NCBI GenBank assembly: GCA_045132775.1 | Contig: JBGUSX010000141.1 | Coordinates: 543-64,542, forward strand | Reading direction: 5' to 3' | Source of the DNA: Eubacteriales bacterium | Lineage (GTDB): Bacteria; Bacillota; Clostridia; Oscillospirales; CAG-272 | DNA length: 64,000 nucleotides | Shown: positions 45,777-53,888 of the stretch, in pieces | How positions within the stretch are numbered: position 1 is the first letter of the stretch | Layout of the letters: each line of letters opens with the position of its first letter | The notes under the pieces: model-generated | Database searches by the model: none | What the model was told of the DNA's origin: nothing | What the model saw: the letters and a program-made list of their open reading frames with translations, nothing else | Program-made: the position numbers and the translations under genes

Positions 45777-46103
45777 ATGAATAAACAAGAAGATATTAAA
45801 AAGGCTAAAAAGATACTTGATGCCAACGATGACATCCACAAAATTGAAGAAATATTGCATGATTCCACATTGTTTCATCGCAAGGCAGATCATTTATATG
45901 ATGAATTATCAAAAAAGATTGACTATTTGCCCTATATTGAACTTGGCAAAACTGCCAATCGAATGAATGGTGATATTCCATTTAAAAATTTGAATTATAA
46001 ATATAAGCTAAACGTTTTTCGGATGATTCGCAATGCAATATTAGAGTATATTGCATATGAAACTTGTAAAAAAGAGGAATCAGAAAATGAAGGAAACCAA
46101 TGA
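45777..46103 (+). CDS. Hypothetical 108-aa helical protein (AT-rich cassette)
   Basis: RBS AGGAGAA. It overlaps the next ORF by 17 nt. Confidence 0.5.
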   Translation: MNKQEDIKKAKKILDANDDIHKIEEILHDSTLFHRKADHLYDELSKKIDYLPYIELGKTANRMNGDIPFKNLNYKYKLNVFRMIRNAILEYIAYETCKKEESENEGNQ

Positions 46104-46761
46104 TATAGAAAAATATATTTTGAACAAAGTTTTGATGTCTGCTATCGTAAATTGTTTGGAAGCGGGATTAATTTCAAAAGATGATTCTGTTGAAAAAATA
46201 AAGGAAATTATATATTCTAAAAAAGTCCTTGATCCCGATAATCTTTTCATACAAATTACGTATGTTGATTCCTTGAAATCCTCAATAGAGTTGTTGCTGA
46301 GTCATAACGCATATGATGAAGCGATTATTTTGGCGATGACTTGTGTCGAGCATATGTTGAATTATTTTTACGGTGAGTATTTTGAGCGAATTGTAGCAAT
46401 GTCGAATCGAAAAATAGATGATTTACTGAAAGGAACAAAGGTTTCTGAAAAAATCGGTGCATTATATCTTTTGACATTCAGAGAATCCTTTCCACAACAG
46501 TTGGAATCAGATATACTTGCGCTTAATAAAAAGAGAAATGACTTTATACATTACAAAACTCCTAAGATTGCCATAGATGAATGGGACGTGAAAAGCAAAA
46601 AGGACGATGAAACAGTCAAAATTGCATCGTCCGCCCTTGATTTAATTGAGAAATTAAAAGCATTTTTAAGCAATAAAGAAGATGAAATATATGGTAGCAA
46701 TCAAATTGCCCAAGAAATTTTTGAAAAACTAAAAGTAGAGGAACAAAACAATGTCAAATAA
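46087..46761 (+). CDS. HEPN-like protein (Rx4H motif)
   Basis: ATG at 46087 behind AGAGGAA. The C-terminal half has LNKKRNDFIHYKTP, i.e. RNDFIH = R-x4-H. It is all-helical and overlaps the mod start by 11 nt. Confidence 0.55.
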   Translation: MKETNDIEKYILNKVLMSAIVNCLEAGLISKDDSVEKIKEIIYSKKVLDPDNLFIQITYVDSLKSSIELLLSHNAYDEAIILAMTCVEHMLNYFYGEYFERIVAMSNRKIDDLLKGTKVSEKIGALYLLTFRESFPQQLESDILALNKKRNDFIHYKTPKIAIDEWDVKSKKDDETVKIASSALDLIEKLKAFLSNKEDEIYGSNQIAQEIFEKLKVEEQNNVK

Positions 46762-48352
46762 ATTAGAGCTTACTTGGTTTGGCAAAGACGAGCCGATGCA
46801 CATAGAGCCGAGACTTTTGATTGAAAACGCGGAGCTTTCCAATACCGCCGTGGATCCCGATACCGAAAATATATTGATTCATGGCGATAACTTACTTGCA
46901 TTAAAAGCGTTGGAAAGTAAATATGCGGGAAAAGTAAAGTGTATCTATATAGATCCCCCATATAATACGGGTTATGCTTTTGAGCATTACGATGATAATA
47001 TGGAGCATAGTATTTGGCTTCAGTTGATGCGCTCAAGATTGCAAGTTCTGCGTTTTCTATTGCACGAAACGGGTACGATATGGATTTCTCTGGACGATAA
47101 TGAGGCCCATTATCTTAAAGTGCTGTGTGATGAAATTTTTGGCAGAAAAAACTTCATTGCGGATGTTGCGTGGGAAAAGGCAGATAGCCCTCGCATGGAT
47201 GCTAAGTTGTTTTCAACACGATATGATCATACTCTTGTATATGCCAAAAATATAGATGTGGTACAGATTAATCAAGTAGTCACAGATGAAGTGCCAGAAC
47301 ACTATAACAAGGTGTCCGAGGATGGTCGTAAATATTATTTGAAACCTCTTCGCTACATGGGTGCTGAAGATAGCCGAGAAGCTCGACCAAATTTGTATTT
47401 TCCAATTACTGCACCAGACGGAACGGAAGTGTATCCTATCCGTAATGATGGAACTGATGGCCGGTGGCGTTGGGCTAAAGAAAAAGTGGAGTCAAGTCCA
47501 GAACTCTTAGAATGGGTTAATGGCAGAAATGGGTGGTCGGTATACTACCGCATTTTTGCCAATGAGTTTTCCACTCGTCCTCCAGAGACTTTGTGGAGTT
47601 ACCAATACGCAGGTAGCAACAGAAATGCAAAAGCCGAAATCAAGGCACTTTTTAAGGGCGATAAATCTTTTGATACTCCTAAGCCGGAAAAATTGATTGA
47701 AGTAATCTTAAATATTGCAACTAATCCTGGTGATCTTGTGTTGGATTCCTTCCTCGGCTCCGGTACAACTGCTGCTGTGGCACACAAGATGGGTAGACAT
47801 TATATAGGCGTTGAAATGGGTGCCCACGCCTATACACACTGCAAAGTGCGTCTTGATAAAGTTATCTCAGGTACGGATAAAGGCGGTATCACTAAATCAA
47901 CTAATTGGCAAAGTGGCGGCGGATACCGCTTCTATGAACTTGCTCCGTCGTTGATAAACGAAGATCCTTTCGGAGAATACGTTATCAATCCTGATTATGA
48001 CGCAGATATGCTTGCCGCTGCGGTTGCTCTACACGAAGGATTTACCTATCAACCAAACACGGAGATGTTTTGGAAACAATCCGTCGGTAATGAAAAATCC
48101 TATCTGTTCGTTACTACCCGTCATCTCAATTCTACCTTCCTTGACTCTATCAAGGATTCTATGGAGGATGACGAATATTTGATCATTGCTTGCCGTTCTT
48201 TTGAAAGCGGACTTGACAAGGCGTATGACCACATTACGCTCAAAAAGATTCCTCAAATGTTGCTTTCCCGTTGCGAGTTCGGCAAAACCGATTACAATTT
48301 GAACATCGTACATCCACCCGTATATGAAGATGAGGAGGACATAGATGAATAA
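46751..48352 (+). CDS. mod: Type III R-M DNA methyltransferase (Mod; N6-adenine/N4-cytosine beta-class)
   Basis: Motif IV IYIDPPYNTG precedes motif I DSFLGSGTTAAVA. 533 aa, overlapping the res gene by 8 nt. Confidence 0.85.
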   Translation: MSNKLELTWFGKDEPMHIEPRLLIENAELSNTAVDPDTENILIHGDNLLALKALESKYAGKVKCIYIDPPYNTGYAFEHYDDNMEHSIWLQLMRSRLQVLRFLLHETGTIWISLDDNEAHYLKVLCDEIFGRKNFIADVAWEKADSPRMDAKLFSTRYDHTLVYAKNIDVVQINQVVTDEVPEHYNKVSEDGRKYYLKPLRYMGAEDSREARPNLYFPITAPDGTEVYPIRNDGTDGRWRWAKEKVESSPELLEWVNGRNGWSVYYRIFANEFSTRPPETLWSYQYAGSNRNAKAEIKALFKGDKSFDTPKPEKLIEVILNIATNPGDLVLDSFLGSGTTAAVAHKMGRHYIGVEMGAHAYTHCKVRLDKVISGTDKGGITKSTNWQSGGGYRFYELAPSLINEDPFGEYVINPDYDADMLAAAVALHEGFTYQPNTEMFWKQSVGNEKSYLFVTTRHLNSTFLDSIKDSMEDDEYLIIACRSFESGLDKAYDHITLKKIPQMLLSRCEFGKTDYNLNIVHPPVYEDEEDIDE

Positions 48353-51011
48353 TAACTATTTCCCTCAATATACCACCGACTATATCAGCGGTGTTATGTC
48401 CCTGCGTAAGCCGCAGACCGCTTCTTTGAAGATACTTGAAGAAATTGTCAATAGCGTTAGTTTGCGAAAAGGAATGAATTTGAAGGCTGCATTGGGAGCA
48501 GTTCATGCTATGTATCCAATCTGCTCTGACTTTGAACGTGAGTTCATGTCGCTTACCTTTGCCTTGGCAACAGGTGTTGGTAAAACACGTTTGATGGGCG
48601 CTTTTATTGCATACCTCTATACGCAACACAATATTAAGAATTTCTTTGTTGTTGCACCTAATACCACGATTTATGAAAAGCTCAAGCGCGATCTGAGCGA
48701 TTGGAATAGCAGTAAATATGTGTTCAAAGGTCTGGGCTGTTTTAGCACACCTCCGCAGATTATTACGGATGACGATTACCGCACCAAGAATCTTGAAATA
48801 TTTGATTCAGAGGTACATATTTTCGTATTCAATATTGACAAGTTCAATAAAGAAGACGCGAATATGAAAAAGGTAAATGAGCTGCTCGGTGATTCCTTCT
48901 ACCAGTATTTGTCCAATCTGCCCGACTTGGTGTTGATTATGGATGAATCTCACCACTATCGTGCAGAAAAGGGCGCGCAGGCTCTTAACGAGCTTCACCC
49001 TTTGCTCGGATTGGAGTTGACCGCTACTCCTCTTGTTGCGAGTGGATCAAAGCAGATTCCTTTTAAGAATGTTGTATATGAATATCCTCTTTCTCGCGCA
49101 ATTGAGGACGGATATACTCGTACGCCCTTTGCGGTTACACGCTCTGATATTGATTTTTACAATTTTGGTGACGAGCAACTTGACAAAATGATGTTGATTG
49201 ACGGCATCGCTTGTCACGAAAATACAAAGCGTAAACTTGAAATGTATGCGCTAAATAATAGCACTCCCGAAAAGCCTATCCGTATTGTAAAGCCGTTTAT
49301 GCTGGTTGTGTGTAAGGATACAGATCACGCAGCTTGGGTAGAAAGCTTTATCAAGTCGGATGAGTTCCGAGATGGCGCATATAGAAACAAGACAATTACT
49401 GTTCACTCTAAGCAAAAGGGAGCGGAAAGCGAGTTTAATACTCGTTTACTCTTAGATGTTGAAAGTGAGGATAACCCTATTGAGATCGTTATTCACGTTA
49501 ATATGCTCAAAGAAGGTTGGGATGTAAACAATCTCTATACGATAGTACCGTTGAGAACTGCGGCATCCAAAATTCTCCGTGAACAGATGGTAGGTCGTGG
49601 ACTTCGCTTGCCTTACGGCGAACGTACCGGTGACAAAGATGTAGATGCCGTTATGCTTACCGCGCACGATAAATTCAATGACATTTTGGCTGAAGCTCAA
49701 AAAGGCGATTCGATTTTCAAGGCGGGCAACGTTATCAAAGCGGAGGAAATTGTTCCTGAAAAAATTACCTCTACTCAGTTGAAGATCGAATTTGAGCCGG
49801 ACAAGGTGTTAGAAACAGCTTACTCACAGACAAACATTGAGAAAAGCGAAGAAATGGATACGTTGGTAAAGAAGGCAACCGAGATTATTACCACCGAAGT
49901 ATCCAAGCACATTCAGAACACCCCTGCGCACAAGGTGGAGCCCGCGCAGGCAAAAGAAATTGTATCCACAGTTGCTGAACAACTTGGAGAGGATGAGGAT
50001 TTAGGCAACATTTTCAAGGAAAATGAAATGCCTCTTGCCGCTTGGCTGCTTTATCAGACCGAGGAAACCCACAAAGCAGCACAGAAAAAGTTCATTCCCA
50101 TTCCTCGTATTAAAGTTACAGATAGCGGGGTTGAGGAATATGTGTTTGTTGATTTTGATTTGGAGTTGTCCGATTTTACACATGTTCCGATTAAGAACGA
50201 ATTGCTTGTTCAAAATCTTGAGGATATGCAGGACAAGCAACGTATCAAAGGAGAAGCTATAGACTTCGAGGGATATAATCCCAAAAAGGTCATTCTTGAG
50301 CAGTTGCGTCAAAAGCCGGAAATCGATTACGAAAAGTGTTCTGCACTCCTATTCAAGCTTATTACACAGTTGTGCGATCATTACGAGAGCATTCACGGCG
50401 AGAACGGTATGCGAAATATCGTTATGATGTATAAGCGCGATATTGGCAACAAGATCTATAAGCAGATGATGCAAAACTTTTATTGCGAAAACGGCTTCTT
50501 GCAAGCGGAAGTAATCGGAACGCGCGACTATAATTTGCAACAGATTTATAGCTACAAGGAAAAGGTATCTTTGTTTGATAGCTTCACCGAGGATATTCGT
50601 TCCGTGCTGTTTTGCGATATCAAGCGTGGTGTTTTTGAAAATGCCAAGTTCGATAGTTTGCCAGAACTTGTTTTAGCAAGAGTATTGGAAACCGAAACCG
50701 ATGATGTTGAAAATTGGCTTCGTCCTTCTCCCCGTGAGTTTAATATCACGTACAATCACGGTCATACTTATGAACCCGACTTTGTTGTAGAAACCAAAGA
50801 TACAATCTATTTGGTCGAGGTTAAGGGAGAGGACAAGTTGCAAGATCCCGATGTTATTGCTAAAAAGAAGCGCGGTATTCAGTATTGCGAGGTTGCATCG
50901 CGTTGGGGTAAGGCAAACGGATATAAGGAGTGGAAATATCTCTTTATCCCGTCAAAGCAGATTATGCCGAACTCTTCGTTTGTGCAGTTGGCAAAGCGAT
51001 TTCAAGAATGA
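48345..51011 (+). CDS. res: Type III restriction endonuclease, Res subunit (SF2 helicase + PD-(D/E)xK nuclease)
   Basis: Helicase motif I LATGVGKTR and motif II IMDESHH. The C-terminal nuclease block is YEPDFVVETKDTIYLVEVKGEDK. Confidence 0.85.
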   Translation: MNNNYFPQYTTDYISGVMSLRKPQTASLKILEEIVNSVSLRKGMNLKAALGAVHAMYPICSDFEREFMSLTFALATGVGKTRLMGAFIAYLYTQHNIKNFFVVAPNTTIYEKLKRDLSDWNSSKYVFKGLGCFSTPPQIITDDDYRTKNLEIFDSEVHIFVFNIDKFNKEDANMKKVNELLGDSFYQYLSNLPDLVLIMDESHHYRAEKGAQALNELHPLLGLELTATPLVASGSKQIPFKNVVYEYPLSRAIEDGYTRTPFAVTRSDIDFYNFGDEQLDKMMLIDGIACHENTKRKLEMYALNNSTPEKPIRIVKPFMLVVCKDTDHAAWVESFIKSDEFRDGAYRNKTITVHSKQKGAESEFNTRLLLDVESEDNPIEIVIHVNMLKEGWDVNNLYTIVPLRTAASKILREQMVGRGLRLPYGERTGDKDVDAVMLTAHDKFNDILAEAQKGDSIFKAGNVIKAEEIVPEKITSTQLKIEFEPDKVLETAYSQTNIEKSEEMDTLVKKATEIITTEVSKHIQNTPAHKVEPAQAKEIVSTVAEQLGEDEDLGNIFKENEMPLAAWLLYQTEETHKAAQKKFIPIPRIKVTDSGVEEYVFVDFDLELSDFTHVPIKNELLVQNLEDMQDKQRIKGEAIDFEGYNPKKVILEQLRQKPEIDYEKCSALLFKLITQLCDHYESIHGENGMRNIVMMYKRDIGNKIYKQMMQNFYCENGFLQAEVIGTRDYNLQQIYSYKEKVSLFDSFTEDIRSVLFCDIKRGVFENAKFDSLPELVLARVLETETDDVENWLRPSPREFNITYNHGHTYEPDFVVETKDTIYLVEVKGEDKLQDPDVIAKKKRGIQYCEVASRWGKANGYKEWKYLFIPSKQIMPNSSFVQLAKRFQE

Positions 51012-51049
51012 TTCTGTTTTATAATTAATTTTGTATTAATCGAATTGAG

Positions 51050-52048
51050 GTGAGACAATTGGATGATGTAACCAAATCTGAGTCCAACATGTTAAATGAT
51101 AACGAATGGATGTTCCTTTTGTTTTTGATGTTGGTAGAAGATGCAAAACAAAGAAATGAACAGTGGAAATCCTTTGAGAATGAACTCATTTACAATAATC
51201 GTTTTTCGTCACATCATCCTATTGTTGACGAATTACATAAGAGACGTGAACAAGCTACCACAACTATACAGAAGGATACAATATTTTATAGGGCACGTTG
51301 TTTTGATCAAACAAGTTTTGATAAATTGGTATCATATTATTTAAGAGAAAATGGATACAAGGAAAAACAAATAAAATCGATACTTGAAGAATGGTCTGAT
51401 CAGGAAAAATTATTAACACTAATGCCACAAATATATAGCGATGTAGATTCCTTTGAAAATTCAGCACTGATAAGTGCACAGCGAAAATGGAAACGATATG
51501 TAAAATTCAAAGGGTGGGGAGAAAAGGATTCTTCTGCCCCAAACGCGGATTTGATTGGCAATGGTAGAGCAAATCCAGATCACATACGGTATCTATACCT
51601 TTGTGAAGATAAAACCACACCTGTATATGAAGTTCGCCCAATTATTGGACAGACGGTTAGTGTGGCAAAATTTAAGCTGCAGAGAGACGTTAAAGTTTAT
51701 GATTTGACGTTGGATATTCAAGATGAAATTGGCGAAGAAAAAATGCAAATGCCAAGCCTTTATAATACGATTGGTCAAATGTTTTCAAGGCCTTATAACG
51801 GTGAACCTACAAAATATCTTCCCACACAATATTTAGCTGAAGAAATAAAGAATATGGGGTTTGACGGTTTGCGGTTTAATAGTTCGCTTCATAGTGGTGG
51901 TATTAATGTAGTCCTTTTTGATCCCGAAGCTTGCAAAGCAGTATCGTCTGATTTGGTTGAAATCAAATCAATAAACATTGACATAGATCGACCTTTGATT
52001 TATACCATAGGAGATTCGAGCAAAAATCAAACAGAGGTGAAAAAATAA
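51050..52048 (+). CDS. RES-domain protein with an uncharacterised N-terminal domain of about 160 aa
   Basis: RES signature blocks GNGRANPDHIRYLYLCEDKTTPVYEVRP (R, E) and GFDGLRFNSSLHSGGINVVLFDP (S). The start is uncertain: GTG 51050, TTG 51059 behind GAGGTG, or ATG 51089. Confidence 0.65.
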   Translation: MRQLDDVTKSESNMLNDNEWMFLLFLMLVEDAKQRNEQWKSFENELIYNNRFSSHHPIVDELHKRREQATTTIQKDTIFYRARCFDQTSFDKLVSYYLRENGYKEKQIKSILEEWSDQEKLLTLMPQIYSDVDSFENSALISAQRKWKRYVKFKGWGEKDSSAPNADLIGNGRANPDHIRYLYLCEDKTTPVYEVRPIIGQTVSVAKFKLQRDVKVYDLTLDIQDEIGEEKMQMPSLYNTIGQMFSRPYNGEPTKYLPTQYLAEEIKNMGFDGLRFNSSLHSGGINVVLFDPEACKAVSSDLVEIKSINIDIDRPLIYTIGDSSKNQTEVKK

Positions 52049-52713
52049 TGGATAATAGTGGAGTGATTTATATTCTTACAAACCCGTCCTTTCCCGAGTA
52101 TGTAAAAATCGGATACGCAGATGACATCAACAAGCGCTTAAATCAACTGAATAGAAGCGAATGTATTCCTTTCGCATTCCGCGTATACGCTACATATGAG
52201 GTTAACTCTCGTCTGTCAGATTTAAAAATTCATGCGATTATCGATAAGCTGAATCCAAATTTGCGCTCAATTGACAACTTTAATGGTCAAAAGCGCGTTC
52301 GCGAGTTTTATGCTATGTCGCCCGAGGATGCCTACTCCATTCTTGAGGCAATAGCTGAAATTCACGGTTGCGCGGATAAGCTTACTCTTGTTCAGCCAAG
52401 CGAAGATGAAATTGCTGCCGAGGATACGGCACAAGAAATTGTAGCCGAGAGAACCGAGAGAATGGCTCCGTTCTCATTTACTATGTGTAATATCCCTGTA
52501 GGAGCAACATTGGAATTTTACTTGAATGCACGAGAGGCAACCGGCATCACTTGCACCGTTGCAGACGAAAAGCATGTGAATTATCAGGGACGCATTCTTT
52601 CCCTCTCTGCTCTTGCATGCGAGTTGAGTGGTAAAAGTCCTTTAGCCGGACCGCGCTATTTCAAATATAATGGCGAGTGGCTCAATGATATTCGACATAA
52701 AGCAGGAGTGTAA
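52048..52713 (+). CDS. GIY-YIG-superfamily (T5orf172/MUG113-like) nuclease-domain protein
   Basis: N-terminus GVIYILTNPSFPEYVKIGYADDINKRLNQLN. The start overlaps the RES-gene stop (TAATG). Confidence 0.7.
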   Translation: MDNSGVIYILTNPSFPEYVKIGYADDINKRLNQLNRSECIPFAFRVYATYEVNSRLSDLKIHAIIDKLNPNLRSIDNFNGQKRVREFYAMSPEDAYSILEAIAEIHGCADKLTLVQPSEDEIAAEDTAQEIVAERTERMAPFSFTMCNIPVGATLEFYLNAREATGITCTVADEKHVNYQGRILSLSALACELSGKSPLAGPRYFKYNGEWLNDIRHKAGV

Positions 52714-52715
52714 AT

Positions 52716-52907
52716 TTGAAGTTGCCCACTGAGATGTTTGGCTCGTTCGGTGTGGCGGACGGAGTCTATCCGGCGTATCACATGAACAAACTTCATTGGA
52801 TCTCGGTGCTTTTGCCCGACGCGCCCAACGACATTGTGCAGTTTCTTGTGAACGTGAGTTTTGAAGTAACAAAGGCGTTCAACAAGAGGAAAATGCAGCA
52901 AATGTAA
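52716..52907 (+). pseudogene. 5'-truncated MmcQ/YjbR-family gene remnant (last ~60 of ~115 codons)
   Basis: It encodes ...VYPAYHMNKLHWISVLLPDAPNDIVQFLVNVSFEVT, which matches the family C-terminus (PGYHMNKKHW..). No N-terminal half is present, and it abuts the GIY-YIG stop. Confidence 0.6.
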
Positions 52908-52998
52908 TTGTAATAATGATGACAAGCGAAAAGCCTGAACAAGTATGACGGTTACTTTGTTCAGGCTTTTTTGTATGACATTGTACGAATTGCGGTTT

Positions 52999-53013
52999 AA
53001 AGACTGCCGGGGG
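52999..53013 (+). repeat. GACTGCC-GGGG box, copy 4 (box only)
   Basis: AAAGACTGCCGGGGG followed by the hairpin GGGGGC-tgt-GCCCCC. Confidence 0.6.
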
Positions 53014-53393
53014 CTGTGCCCCCCCAAAACGATCGTGTATCAGACTGATTTCGGATTTGATTTTGGGTGCAAATTTCATCTCGGTATGGACGAATCCAAA
53101 ATGAATATGGGGGCTTTGAGCGCAAAGTTAGGTGATTTGCACCTAACTTTCAAATCAAAAATAGAGATTCCAAAGTGTCAAATTGATACTTTGGAATGAT
53201 ACTTTGGATATAATAAGTTACATTGCTGAGGTTGCATGTGGTATTCAAGGCGTTTTATCATCGGAATACCAGAAAGATGGTCGTGGGTTCTGTACAGGAA
53301 AGCATAGAGTGTTAAAATTGTATGCAAGCATGAGAAATACCGAGAAGTGCGCGATTGTGTCTCAGACTCATTTTAGGATTGTGCAGGATTTGA

Positions 53394-53603
53394 CAGAATT
53401 GTGAGGACTGCCCGGGGCGTGAATCGCACTCACAAAAGAACATTGGCTGGGACAAAATTGCGGCATATTGTAAGCCTGCTTTGCCGTAAAAATCTTATTT
53501 ATTCTCTCAAAAAACCTTATATTACCTTGTATTTGCTCTGAAAGAACTTATGTATTTTGAACATCGATTTTTTGAATCATTTTTACATAAAAATTTTGCT
53601 GTT
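53394..53603 (+). ncRNA. Repeated structured non-coding module, copy 5 (long variant, no Block-D terminator seen)
   Basis: Box CAGAATTGTGAGGACTGCCCGGGG (53394-53417). Hairpin TTGCGGCA/TGCCGTAA (53454-53493). Block TTTTTACATAAAAATTTT (about 53583-53600). Confidence 0.4.
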
Positions 53604-53649
53604 TTTATGTCATATATGGTGTTTGGATCACTGTGAGTAATTGAGAGAA

Positions 53650-53663
53650 GAAGACTGCCGAGG
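53650..53663 (+). repeat. GACTGCC-GGGG box, copy 6 (box only, degenerate)
   Basis: GAAGACTGCCGAGG followed by the hairpin CCGAGG-cggtcac-CCTCGG. Confidence 0.55.
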
Positions 53664-53784
53664 CGGTCACCCTCGGAAATGCATTTATACCAGACTCATT
53701 CTACCAATAAAGCTGAGATTTATAATTTGTTGCAATTTCAAAATGAGTATGGGAAGTGAAACGGTCAAGGTATAAAAAGAAAAA

Positions 53785-53822
53785 CTTCGGCTAATTTATA
53801 AGATTTCTTAAAATTAGCCGAA
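53785..53822. repeat. 38-nt palindromic hairpin element, copy A (acts as a terminator for the minus-strand oxidoreductase gene)
   Basis: CTTCGGCTAATTTataagatttcttAAAATTAGCCGAA, near-identical to 56673..56710. A T-run follows on the minus strand. Confidence 0.7.
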
Positions 53823-53836
53823 AAAAAGAGCGTTTA

Positions 53837-53877
53837 TCAACAATCGTCGGAAAAATATTTCAACAATCGTCGGAAAA
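53837..53877 (+). repeat. Two direct copies of the 18-mer TCAACAATCGTCGGAAAA, spaced 23 nt apart
   Basis: 53837-53854 and 53860-53877, read directly. Confidence 0.85.
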
Positions 53878-53888
53878 GTGATGATATA

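Noticed and set aside
42189-53663. Repeated GACTGCC-box modules as integron attC sites, CRISPR repeats, type III TA RNA repeats or retron msr/msd
   Set aside because: - There is no IntI, cas, toxN-like or reverse-transcriptase gene nearby.
- The units are 200-280 nt, irregularly spaced, and diverged with compensatory changes.
- No GTTRRRY-type cores and no short regular spacers are present.
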